Below the pieces are notes generated by a model. That model saw nothing but the letters and a program-made list of their open reading frames with translations, was not told the origin of the DNA and did not search any database. From positions 35,213-99,212 of the forward strand of contig CAZYDI010000001.1 in assembly GCA_964646255.1 (NCBI GenBank): a DNA stretch of 64,000 nt, read 5' to 3'. Source of the DNA: an uncultured Bacteroidales bacterium (GTDB lineage Bacteria > Bacteroidota > Bacteroidia > Bacteroidales > UBA10428). Both the position numbers and the translations under genes were made by a program. Positions 29,768 to 38,783 of the stretch are shown piece after piece; positions within the stretch are counted from its first letter, which is position 1; each line of letters starts with the position of its first letter.

Positions 29768-30340
29768 TTAATGACAAATTTGATTAAAAAAACCCCACCC
29801 CATTCTTATGTTAATCAATAAAAAAAGCAATGCCAACGACTCAAAATAGTGTGCTTTATGCGGTTCCATTGCCTCACGAAGGCTTTTGAGCGCTTTGGTA
29901 ATATGCTTTTCCACCGCCTTAACGGATATATTTAATTGTTCGGCTATTTCTTTATTTGAAAGGTCGCTGAAACGGCTTAGCCTGAAAACCTTCTGGCAAA
30001 CAGGGGGCAAGTCACTGATCGCTGCTTGTAACTGACGGCTGATAAAATCCTCCTGAACCTGCTCAATTCCATTGACAGCCATTTGAGGCGGGGCCTCCTG
30101 TATGGCAGTCAGTTTTTTTTGCTGCTTTAGCCTGGTTAAGGAGGCGTTCAGGACACTTCTGTAAAAATAACCGTTATACGTTCCCTTAACCTGTAATTCA
30201 TGGCGTTTCTGCCAAAAATTAAGAAAAACATGCTGAACAATGTCCTTTGCCTCATCCCTGTCTTTCACTACGGAATAGGCAAGGCTGGACAAGGGTGTGA
30301 ACTGCTCACGGAAGAATTGTTCAAATTCACGGTCGGTCAT
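29768..30340 (-). CDS. ECF-type RNA polymerase sigma-70 factor
   Basis: Region 2 is DEAKDIVQHVFLNFWQKR. Region 4 HTH is LSNKEIAEQLNISVKAVEKHITKA. It lies 15 nt upstream of fecR. Confidence 0.9.
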   Translation of the reverse strand: MTDREFEQFFREQFTPLSSLAYSVVKDRDEAKDIVQHVFLNFWQKRHELQVKGTYNGYFYRSVLNASLTRLKQQKKLTAIQEAPPQMAVNGIEQVQEDFISRQLQAAISDLPPVCQKVFRLSRFSDLSNKEIAEQLNISVKAVEKHITKALKSLREAMEPHKAHYFESLALLFLLINIRMGWGFFNQICH

Positions 30341-30380
30341 GCCACAAAAATATCAGAAAAATGATGAAAATTGAACGGGT

Positions 30381-30411
30381 TTGTTTTTTTCTCAACATTT
30401 CATTAATATTG
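30381..30411 (+). promoter_or_regulatory. candidate tRNA promoter (TTG at 30381-30383; TAATATTG at 30404-30411)
   Basis: 20-nt spacing between the TTG and a 7/8 match to TAnnTTTG. The tRNA 5' end is 15 nt downstream. Confidence 0.4.
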
Positions 30412-30426
30412 CAGCCCAAAATAACC

Positions 30427-30500
30427 GGTCCCATAGCTCAGCTGGTTAGAGCACCTGACTCATAATCAGGGAGTCCCTGGTTCGAGCCCAGGTGGGACCA
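30427..30500 (+). tRNA. tRNA with anticodon CAU (elongator Met, or Ile2 read via lysidine)
   Basis: Manual cloverleaf: acceptor GGTCCCA/TGGGACC, D-arm GCTC-AGCTGGTTA-GAGC, anticodon arm CCTGA-CTCATAA-TCAGG, T-arm CCTGG-TTCGAGC-CCAGG, discriminator A. CCA is not encoded. Confidence 0.9.
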
Positions 30501-30501
30501 C

Positions 30502-30536
30502 AAAAAAAATCCGGGAATCAATCCCGGTTTTTTTTT
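30502..30536. terminator. bidirectional rho-independent terminator
   Basis: A8, then CCGGGA (30511-30516), loop ATCAA, TCCCGG (30522-30527), then T9. Confidence 0.8.
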
Positions 30537-30565
30537 ATGCTACTGGCTGGTAGTGCCTTCAGGCA

Positions 30566-30802
30566 TCAATCTACCTTTACCGGCTTAATTGTTCGTACGC
30601 TTTTTCCGGCTTTTACCGGGCAAAGGTAAATTCCGGGCTGCAGACCTGCGGCATCCACTTCAAAAGCATACGCATTAGTGTTGATTCCGGATGGATGATC
30701 TGATGACTCCATTGGAAATAGGGTTGGATATCTGGCTTCACCCGGATTTGCCGGCACTGGAAGCCAGGTTATCAATAACTGAAAAATCTGCAGAAAGTTC
30801 GA
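30566..30802 (-). pseudogene. orphan remnant of a T9SS type-A (Por) C-terminal sorting domain
   Basis: The open frame ends ...AYAFEVDAAGLQPGIYLCPVKAGKSVRTIKPVKVD, resembling the terminal GxY-[FL]-x-x-[VI]-K...K-[LI]-x-K strands of type-A CTDs. It has no signal peptide and no ATG (TTG only). It starts just after the stop of the upstream 158-aa gene, in another frame. Confidence 0.35.
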
Positions 30803-30810
30803 TCAGGGCC

Positions 30811-31287
30811 CTAAAACGTAATGGATTCGATGTTTCTCATTTCAACCACCACGTTATTTTTTTCTTCGGTGAGCGGATTAATGACCTGAACATGCAATTC
30901 ATTGTACTTATCTGCCGGGTTGAAACATGACATGACCAATTCAGCCTCCTCCAACTGAACCGTAACACCGTTCTTCTTTATTACGCTTATCGTACCCTTC
31001 TGATTACCCACCGAAGGTGCGGGCGAAGCCGTAAAACCGGTTAGTATCAGTTTACTGATGTCTTTAAAATCTTTGATTTCAGTATGGCTGTTATGAAATT
31101 TCCCTTTAAGGATGGTAAAATTGGTCATATACACGTTGGACTCACATTTTAACTTCCCAAAATGGTATGCTTCAATTACTTTGCCGTCCTTTAGTTTAAT
31201 GGTAGCCTTAACAGCTTGTGCATTAGCCGTTAACATTACTGCACCAAGCATTACGGAAAGGATGAGTAGTTTTCTCATAATCAACAA
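30811..31287 (-). CDS. small secreted protein of unknown function
   Basis: Signal peptide MRKLLILSVMLGAVMLTANAQA. No recognisable motif. Confidence 0.55.
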   Translation of the reverse strand: MLIMRKLLILSVMLGAVMLTANAQAVKATIKLKDGKVIEAYHFGKLKCESNVYMTNFTILKGKFHNSHTEIKDFKDISKLILTGFTASPAPSVGNQKGTISVIKKNGVTVQLEEAELVMSCFNPADKYNELHVQVINPLTEEKNNVVVEMRNIESITF

Positions 31288-31408
31288 CTATTGTTTAATG
31301 TGGATTTTATTTAACGAAAAATCCGGCAAATTGTTATATGGTTTGCGGGTTGCGCAATCATGCATCAGATGCATACCTCAACAGGTTGATGCTATAGAAG
31401 GGTGATGA

Positions 31409-32056
31409 TTAAAGCTCAAAGATGTTGGTAAGGGTTAAAGGATGTATTATATGAATGGTTTGAAAACCCATTAGTCTTGCAGTATCGATGTTTTCAATGA
31501 AATCATCAATAAACATTGTCTCTTCAGCATTAATTCCTGCATCCTTGACAACAAATTTAAAAATTTCTGCATTGGGCTTTCTCATTCCGATTTCAAAAGA
31601 ATAATAGGTCTTCTCAAACAGGTGGGTATACCCGTTGGTACCGTATTTTTCATGTATGCGGTTAAAATAATAGGGTAAATGTATGGCATTGGTATTGCTG
31701 AGAAGGAAAGTCCGGTATTTCCCGGACGCTTTCTTTAATATATTCCACCGGTCTTCGGGCAATTCGCCTAACATAGCGCTCCATGCGCTATCAATCATTT
31801 CATCGGTCATGGGTGTGGATGTCATTTTCCTCACCCGCTTGCGGAATTCAGCTGCAGAAATTTTACCTGTTTCAAAAGGAACAAATAAGTCGTCGTTCGG
31901 ATCGTGCGGCACTGATTCATCAAAAATGGTAAGTCCCAATTCTTTGAAAGCATTTATGGTGGCTTTAAAATTCAAATCCGTAATTACACCGCCCCAGTCG
32001 AAAATAATATTCTTAATTTTTGTTTTTCCATTGTAAATTGCAGGCGCGAAATTCAT
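31409..32056 (-). CDS. HAD-IA family hydrolase/phosphatase
   Basis: Motif I variant IIFDWGGVI, motif II LLSNTN and motif III/IV FIDDFIENI. Confidence 0.75.
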   Translation of the reverse strand: MNFAPAIYNGKTKIKNIIFDWGGVITDLNFKATINAFKELGLTIFDESVPHDPNDDLFVPFETGKISAAEFRKRVRKMTSTPMTDEMIDSAWSAMLGELPEDRWNILKKASGKYRTFLLSNTNAIHLPYYFNRIHEKYGTNGYTHLFEKTYYSFEIGMRKPNAEIFKFVVKDAGINAEETMFIDDFIENIDTARLMGFQTIHIIHPLTLTNIFEL

Positions 32057-32095
32057 ATTTTTATTTTTTACAAAAGAAATGCTTTCCGGTCATTT

Positions 32096-33202
32096 ATGAA
32101 AGTAAAGGGCAACCATTTTGAAACCATTTGGATTCATCCTTCCAATGATACTGTTGTTCAGATCATCGATCAGCGTTTTTTGCCCTTTTATTTAGAAACT
32201 GAGGACATACGCACTGTTGAGGAAATGTACCGTGCAATAAAGGATATGCATTTGCGTGGTGCACCATTGATAGGTGCTGCAGGAGCTCTGGGTATGTACC
32301 TGGCTGTTATAGGATTTGAAGGTCAGCATATTCATTCCGGCTATATAATGGAAAAGGCGGCGTATTTAAAATCATCCCGGCCCACAGCAGTAAATTTAAG
32401 CTGGGCTGTTGATATTCTGTCGGGTATTCTTGCTCATGGAGGAGATAAGCGCGAATTGGCCAAAATTGCACTGCAAAAAAGTCTTGAGATTATCGGCAAT
32501 GAAAGGGAAAATTGTTTGAGGATAGGGCAGCATGGGGTGAAAATAATTGAGGAGATCAGCCAAAGGAAAAGCGGAAATGTGGTGAATATACTTACCCATT
32601 GCAATGCGGGATGGCTTGCATGTATTGATTACGGAACAGCCACCGCACCCATTTATCTTGCACATGATAAGGGAATAAAGGTTCACGTATGGATTGATGA
32701 AACCAGGCCGCGCAACCAGGGTGGCAGACTAACCGCATGGGAACTGCGCCAGCATGGAGTGCCATGTACGGTAATTGCTGACAACACCGGGGGATTGCTG
32801 ATGCAACAGAACATGGTGGATATGGTAATCGTCGGATCAGACAGGGCTTCTCCGTACGGTGATGTGGTAAACAAGATAGGTACCTATTTAAAAGCGTTGG
32901 CTGCACACGATAACAAGGTTCCTTTTTATGCCGCCTTGCCGTCGTCTACCATCGACTGGACGCTGGGTGAAGGAGCCATGGAAACGGAGATAGAACAGCG
33001 TGATGGTGATGAAATGAAGGTCATGGAAGGTTTGCATGAGGGCATAATTAAAACGGTTGAGGTTCTTGAACCCGGCACCGAAGTGGTCAATTATGGCTTT
33101 GATATTACGCCTGCACGACTTGTAACAGGAATTATTACTGAAAGGGGAATTTCAAATGCAAACAAAAAAAGTATATTTACATTATTTCCTGAAAAAACTT
33201 AA
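32096..33202 (+). CDS. mtnA: S-methyl-5-thioribose-1-phosphate isomerase
   Basis: eIF-2B-like family: RGAPLIGAAGA, TRPRNQGGRLTAWEL, VGSDRASPYGDVVNKIGTY and FDITPARLVTGIITERG. Confidence 0.85.
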   Translation: MKVKGNHFETIWIHPSNDTVVQIIDQRFLPFYLETEDIRTVEEMYRAIKDMHLRGAPLIGAAGALGMYLAVIGFEGQHIHSGYIMEKAAYLKSSRPTAVNLSWAVDILSGILAHGGDKRELAKIALQKSLEIIGNERENCLRIGQHGVKIIEEISQRKSGNVVNILTHCNAGWLACIDYGTATAPIYLAHDKGIKVHVWIDETRPRNQGGRLTAWELRQHGVPCTVIADNTGGLLMQQNMVDMVIVGSDRASPYGDVVNKIGTYLKALAAHDNKVPFYAALPSSTIDWTLGEGAMETEIEQRDGDEMKVMEGLHEGIIKTVEVLEPGTEVVNYGFDITPARLVTGIITERGISNANKKSIFTLFPEKT

Positions 33203-33214
33203 ACCCGGTTGAGC

Positions 33215-33964
33215 ATGAAAATAGCCATTATTGGGGGAACGGGCTTTGCCCTGCCCGATTATCTTAAAAATCCAAAGGAGATGAAGGTAGAGACGCCTTT
33301 TGGAAAACCGGACCCGGTTATTTACAATGGAAAATACGAAGGGATTGAAATTTTCCATTTATCGCGCAATGGCAAAAACCATGAATTGCCACCAACGAAA
33401 ATTAATTACCGCGCGAACATGTATGCCATGAAACAGCTGGGCTGCACCCATATTATTGCAACAGGCACATGCGGAAGTTTACAGGAGGAGATATGTCCGG
33501 GTGAAGTGATCATTTTTGACCAGTTTATTGATATGACCAAACAGCCCGTTACGGGAATTTGTGAAGAATTATCTCCGGGAACCAGCAACTTTGTTTCAAT
33601 GGCTGAGCCATTTTCTGAAGAATTAAGGGACTGCCTCATAGAGTCAGCTATTGTACAAGGAATCACGGTACACACTAAGGGTGTGACTATTTCTATTGAT
33701 GGACAGCGTTCATCCTCAAGGGCCGAATCAAAATTATACCGCTGCTGGGGAGCCGATGTGGTTAATATGACCACTGCTCCCGAGGCTATCCTGGCCAATG
33801 AACTGGGAATTGCCTATGCTGCGGTTTCGTTGTGTACCGGCTATGATTCATGGAGGCATGAGGACAATTCAGCCGACCCGAATGAGAAAATGAATATTGT
33901 AAATTATCATCACGAGCGAATTGTCAGGCTTTTAACAAACGCCCTGAAAAAAATAGAAGAATAA
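33215..33964 (+). CDS. mtnP: S-methyl-5'-thioadenosine phosphorylase
   Basis: MKIAIIGGTGF, the RHG-like LSRNGKNHELPP, IIATGTCGSL and GADVVNMTTAPEAILANELGI. The ATG is at 33215; the track ORF begins at a TTG at 33209. Confidence 0.85.
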   Translation: MKIAIIGGTGFALPDYLKNPKEMKVETPFGKPDPVIYNGKYEGIEIFHLSRNGKNHELPPTKINYRANMYAMKQLGCTHIIATGTCGSLQEEICPGEVIIFDQFIDMTKQPVTGICEELSPGTSNFVSMAEPFSEELRDCLIESAIVQGITVHTKGVTISIDGQRSSSRAESKLYRCWGADVVNMTTAPEAILANELGIAYAAVSLCTGYDSWRHEDNSADPNEKMNIVNYHHERIVRLLTNALKKIEE

Positions 33965-34059
33965 AACTCCCCCTGGCTACAACTGATCATCTGTTGTACA
34001 CTTTGCGATGACCCTTATTCGCGTTTTTTGCCGGAAAATTGTTTCTGATTGCTATATGT

Positions 34060-35724
34060 TCAAACTGTTTTTCTCTCTGCCCAATCTCCGTTTTCCTTTA
34101 TTACGGCAATAAGTTCTTCCACTGCATCCTTTTCGGGAATATTTCTTTTAACCACTTCCCTGCCCTTATACAAGGTGATTTTACCCTTGCCTGCGCCAAC
34201 ATATCCGTAATCAGCATCTGCCATCTCACCCGGCCCGTTTACAATGCATCCCATTACTCCGATTTTTAATCCTTTCAGGTGCGCTGTGGCCGCTTTAATA
34301 TGAGATAACGTTTCCATGAGGTTGAAATTTGTCCTGCCGCAGGAGGGGCATGCAATATACTCTGTTTTCGACATCCTGGCTCGTGTAGCCTGAAGTATCC
34401 CAAGGGCAGCTGATGTTTCAGCACCACCGGGCAAAGGATACCTGTTTGATAACCATAACCCGTCGCCAAAGCCATCAATGAATGCCCCGGCAATACCGGC
34501 AGCACTTTTAAGCATGAAATCCTCATGGTTTTGCTCCGTCATTTGCAGCTTAAAAATAACCGGAACATCGCTATGGTTTACCTCAAGAAGATGACGCGCT
34601 TTTCTTATATCTCCGGGTGTATTTTCTGTTCCCTTATTTAATACAAGAACCGAATTCTTTTTGCTGTTGATTCCGGTAATAATTTCTGTTGTCAATTCAG
34701 ACAATCCGGCCTCGATAATATGCATTCCATCGGCTATCTTATCAAAGCCAATTACCACGGGGGGATTATTACCTCCTACATTTCCGGCCGCTCTGCTTGT
34801 TCGTTTATGGTAATCAACCTTGCCCGGTTGGAAGGAGCCTGAATGGCTGAAACTTATTATTTTACGGGCCACAGGGATTTCCGCTTCAGGGTCTTCGGTA
34901 AGTGAAACCCTGATGGTATCACCGATACCTTCGTTCAATAAAGTAGCAATCCCCGAAGTCGATTTGACTCTTCCGTCCTCTCCTTCTCCGGCTTCGGTGA
35001 CCCCAAGGTGAAGCGGCAAGGGCAATCCCTCCCTGTCCATCATTTGCACTGTTAACCGGGTGGCATATACCATTACCCTAACATTGCTCGACTTCATTGA
35101 CACAACTACCTGGTTGAAATAATTTTGCCGGCAGAGACGGATGAACTCCATGGCCGATTCGGCCATTCCAAGGGGCGAATCCCCAAATTTGTCCATCATT
35201 CGCTGTGAAAGCGAACCATGGTTCACACCAACACGAATAACTACATTGCGGCGCTTACATATTTCAATGAGTTGTATGAATTTTTGCAGATCGGTAAAAT
35301 TGCCGGGGTTAATTCTTACTTTGTCGGCATATTCTGCAACACCGAGGGCAATGTCAGGATTAAAATGCACATCGGCAATGAGCGGGGCCTTATACCCTCT
35401 TTCACGAATGCCTGCTTTAATTTTTGCAAAATTTTCCACATCAGCTATGGAGGGTACCGTGAACCGTACGTAATCGGCCCCTGCCCGGATAATGCTTATG
35501 CATTGCTGAATACTCGCTTCGATATCGCTGGTGGATGTATTGGCCATTGATTGAATCCTCACCGGAAAATCGCTACCTAAAGGAATTCCTCCAATATTTA
35601 CCGTTATGGTTTTTCTTCTCCCAAGGGAAATATTAATTCCGCCTGAATGATTCATAATTGGTGTGTGATTTGTGTTCAAAATTACAATTTCCTTTGGAGT
35701 AAAACATCCATGAAAGATTTGCAA
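34060..35724 (-). CDS. ispG: 4-hydroxy-3-methylbut-2-en-1-yl diphosphate synthase, long form with an insert domain (alternative start 35655)
   Basis: FPVRIQSMANT, TIM-barrel part RINPGNF, and the C-terminal Fe-S part ACPSCGRT...GCIVNGPGE. Confidence 0.9.
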   Translation of the reverse strand: MQIFHGCFTPKEIVILNTNHTPIMNHSGGINISLGRRKTITVNIGGIPLGSDFPVRIQSMANTSTSDIEASIQQCISIIRAGADYVRFTVPSIADVENFAKIKAGIRERGYKAPLIADVHFNPDIALGVAEYADKVRINPGNFTDLQKFIQLIEICKRRNVVIRVGVNHGSLSQRMMDKFGDSPLGMAESAMEFIRLCRQNYFNQVVVSMKSSNVRVMVYATRLTVQMMDREGLPLPLHLGVTEAGEGEDGRVKSTSGIATLLNEGIGDTIRVSLTEDPEAEIPVARKIISFSHSGSFQPGKVDYHKRTSRAAGNVGGNNPPVVIGFDKIADGMHIIEAGLSELTTEIITGINSKKNSVLVLNKGTENTPGDIRKARHLLEVNHSDVPVIFKLQMTEQNHEDFMLKSAAGIAGAFIDGFGDGLWLSNRYPLPGGAETSAALGILQATRARMSKTEYIACPSCGRTNFNLMETLSHIKAATAHLKGLKIGVMGCIVNGPGEMADADYGYVGAGKGKITLYKGREVVKRNIPEKDAVEELIAVIKENGDWAERKTV

Positions 35725-35744
35725 CCAGTGTTTGCGGAAGTGAC

Positions 35745-38700
35745 TTAATATGGAAATAATTTCACCCGGAAATTGTCAATGAATATGGCTTCATTTTTCC
35801 CACTATTCCAGCAATAAACCAATAGCTCATCGCCGCGCTTCATTTGACGTGATGAAATTTCCGCACTGGTAAAACCTGTTTTCCATCCACGCGCATCGGC
35901 CTCATACTGCCGCAAATCGAGTGCATGGTATTTTATGGTTGTGCCCTTCCTGATCAGCGTAATAACCAGGTGACAGGAACCGGTATCGGAGCTGAATGAT
36001 TGTACTTCGGCATAAATCCTCAAGGACTTTCCCGGCTTTTCAATCGTTTGCCGGAAAGTTGAACTGTATTCTCTATCTTCCTTTAATATTTCAAAATTTC
36101 CGCGGACATCATCATTGCCAAAAATGATTCCATCGCTGCTCCATTCATCAGGTACTGCCTCATAGGTGTTAACATGCAAACCTGAGCCGTTAACGGTCAT
36201 GGTATCCTTTGAATACACGGTTACCGAACTTCGCCTGCTTTTATACAATTCAACCGGATTACCGTACCGTACCGACAACATATCCCGCAATTCAGGAGGA
36301 TCGGCAACATTTGACCAGACATATATAAAGTGTTGAACAGGCATGGTATCTGCCATCCTTTGGATAGCTCCCGATTCATCAGGGTACCTAAATCGTTGAT
36401 AATGTGAACGCACACCGGGAAATGAATCCGGCGATTCGGTGTTAAACAATACAAAGGCTGAATCCTTTGGATGGTTGTTAAAATAGGCCTCCAGTGTGAG
36501 CGTCATGTCATTGAGCTCCTTTTGCTGAATGCGTGAAAAGGGTATGGTTTTTTGTAAAACCAAATAAATAACGGCTAAAACCCCAAGTATTAAAAGTGCA
36601 TAGACGTGTTTCAAGGGTGATTTCCGATTGTCAAAAAGTTTTATGCCCAGGTAAAACAGCAGCATCAGCACAAAAATCCCGAAGGCAAAAATGGTGGCTT
36701 TCTGGTAAGGCATATTCCTGTATTCAAACGACAAGTCATGATTTCCTGCAGGAAGAAAAACCCCGATAAGGCTGCGGTTTACAGTATAATGCCGGATGGG
36801 TTGGCCATTCAAACTGACTTTCCATCCGGGAAAATTATTTTGCAAAAGCACAAGAAATTGCTCATGATTACACCCAACCCTGTAACTAATGCGCTCCGGT
36901 GAAAAGAATGTGCATTGAATGGTATCGTACGTGCAATACCGGCTGGTGTATTGAGAAAAATGATTGAAATAAACGGAGTCTTCCATAAAGGCAAAATTCC
37001 GTTGGTCTGCTCCTTTACCCAGCAAAATCTTAAGAGAATCGGTTTTTGCTGCCGGCAACAAGCTGTCGGCACGATAGAGCAGAGGATTGCCAATAACATG
37101 ATTGAACAATACCGGATCTTTTTCAAGCGCACGAAAACCATCCGGACAAAACGGATACATGTACCATGGAGATACTGTTTTAGCATACGTGTTGGTATTG
37201 TTAATCACGGGGATAAACGATACACTTTCCTCCGTATTTTCTGATAAAGGCCGGTTATCGGGTAATGGAAAACCAGACGGGCTGTTGAGGATAAAAGCAC
37301 GAATTTCCAGGGGATCATAAGGAGAGGTGACAGTATAAGGAATATTCATTTGTGTAAAGGCAATTCCTTCGATAATCAGTATACCGGTAAGCAGCGGATA
37401 TAACAGGTTACTTTTGTGCCTGACAAAATAAACAAGAATAAAAACTCCACACAGAAGGAAAATGATGAATGCCTGAATAAACAAGGGTCCGAAAATCCCG
37501 TAGTCCTTCACCAGGCTTTCCCATCCGGCGTTGAAATCCACCGGGCCAATCGCTTTACAGGCAATAAATATTGCGGATGCAAGCGACACGGCCAGTATAA
37601 CTCCGGTAAAGCCAATGAAAACATGTTTAAAGCGGTTACGGTTTTCATCCGTGGAAGGATTGTTTCTGCTAACCTGAATTCCTGTAAATACCAGAAGAAA
37701 GAGTATGGTAATAAAACGGAAAGAGCTGGGATGTCTGAATTTATTAAAGAAAGGCACGTATTCGTAAAAAATCCGGTGAAGGAAAAAGTGTTCGCCAAAT
37801 GAAAACAACAATAAAAACACTCCGCCAATTAGGAAAAGCAAGCTGGCTTTGCTTTTTTTACGGGTGATTGCATAAAATAATAAAACCAGGAAAATGGCTC
37901 CGAAATAATGATTGCTCATGGAGAAATCCGTAGGAAAAACCTCCTTATGAGCAGCAGTAACCAGGGGGGCTATAAGGGAAATAAGCGCTGAAGGCGGAAA
38001 TTGATTGGAAACGGCAAATTCATATGAAAGCCCTTCATACCTGTCGACATAGGGGGTGGATTGCAGAAGACTGATGATAACTCCTGAACTCAGGGCAAGC
38101 AATACAGTAAAGGCAAAAGTACAATGCAACACATACGACCATATAAACCGGTATTCAAGCTGGCGTGCGCGTTTTACAATCATGAACAAAAAAACAACCA
38201 GCAAAATATATCCAAGCATGATTACAAACGAAGGATACCCGCCGGTTGAAAGCAGGTGGGTGAAAATGATAAAGCCCAGGGCATTAGATACCTTTATCTC
38301 ACCGGACAACTTCAGAAAATAAAGCAATGCAAAGGGAAACCATGCAGCACCGATGATGAACTGAATATGTTGCGCATTCCCGGTTGTAAAACCCGAAAGT
38401 GCATATGCAACCGCTATGCAAATACCTAAACCTGAATCAATGTTATAGTGGCGGGATAGCTTAAAGGCGCCGAATCCGGCAATGATAACGTAAAAAACGA
38501 ACAATATGTGGAATGTTACATTGGTATAGGGGAAGAGCCTCCCGAGGGCCATATCCACAATATAATTGGTATTCAGCATATCGGCATACAGGGGAAATCC
38601 CAATTGCTGATAAGGGTCCCAGAGAGGGAATATATTATTGCGCAAACACTCACTCAAAAAGTAGTGTCCATGCAAGTAGCCATCGAGAATGTCGTATTTA

Positions 38701-38783
38701 AGTGTTTGTCCAAGAAATGCAACCTGGTAAAAGGCAATTACGCTAACCACGATAATAACCAGGTAAGGAAGGACCCTTTTCAT
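35745..38783 (-). CDS. YfhO-like polytopic membrane protein (putative glycosyltransferase-C fold) with an extra ~265-aa C-terminal soluble domain
   Basis: At least 12 hydrophobic segments in the first ~480 aa. N-terminus [38 protein letters not shown]. Two late TM segments, then a non-membrane tail ending ...[14 protein letters not shown]. The family call is by resemblance only. Confidence 0.5.
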   Translation of the reverse strand: MKRVLPYLVIIVVSVIAFYQVAFLGQTLKYDILDGYLHGHYFLSECLRNNIFPLWDPYQQLGFPLYADMLNTNYIVDMALGRLFPYTNVTFHILFVFYVIIAGFGAFKLSRHYNIDSGLGICIAVAYALSGFTTGNAQHIQFIIGAAWFPFALLYFLKLSGEIKVSNALGFIIFTHLLSTGGYPSFVIMLGYILLVVFLFMIVKRARQLEYRFIWSYVLHCTFAFTVLLALSSGVIISLLQSTPYVDRYEGLSYEFAVSNQFPPSALISLIAPLVTAAHKEVFPTDFSMSNHYFGAIFLVLLFYAITRKKSKASLLFLIGGVFLLLFSFGEHFFLHRIFYEYVPFFNKFRHPSSFRFITILFLLVFTGIQVSRNNPSTDENRNRFKHVFIGFTGVILAVSLASAIFIACKAIGPVDFNAGWESLVKDYGIFGPLFIQAFIIFLLCGVFILVYFVRHKSNLLYPLLTGILIIEGIAFTQMNIPYTVTSPYDPLEIRAFILNSPSGFPLPDNRPLSENTEESVSFIPVINNTNTYAKTVSPWYMYPFCPDGFRALEKDPVLFNHVIGNPLLYRADSLLPAAKTDSLKILLGKGADQRNFAFMEDSVYFNHFSQYTSRYCTYDTIQCTFFSPERISYRVGCNHEQFLVLLQNNFPGWKVSLNGQPIRHYTVNRSLIGVFLPAGNHDLSFEYRNMPYQKATIFAFGIFVLMLLFYLGIKLFDNRKSPLKHVYALLILGVLAVIYLVLQKTIPFSRIQQKELNDMTLTLEAYFNNHPKDSAFVLFNTESPDSFPGVRSHYQRFRYPDESGAIQRMADTMPVQHFIYVWSNVADPPELRDMLSVRYGNPVELYKSRRSSVTVYSKDTMTVNGSGLHVNTYEAVPDEWSSDGIIFGNDDVRGNFEILKEDREYSSTFRQTIEKPGKSLRIYAEVQSFSSDTGSCHLVITLIRKGTTIKYHALDLRQYEADARGWKTGFTSAEISSRQMKRGDELLVYCWNSGKNEAIFIDNFRVKLFPY

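Noticed and set aside
30341-31408. A genomic island or integrated element next to the tRNA gene
   Set aside because: There is no integrase or transposase, no direct repeat of the tRNA 3' end that I could see, and no obvious compositional shift. Only a small secreted protein and a CTD remnant are present.
34700-35100. The extra domain inside IspG, considered as a novel fusion
   Set aside because: A long IspG form with an inserted domain is a known architecture outside Proteobacteria. Nothing unusual beyond that is visible.
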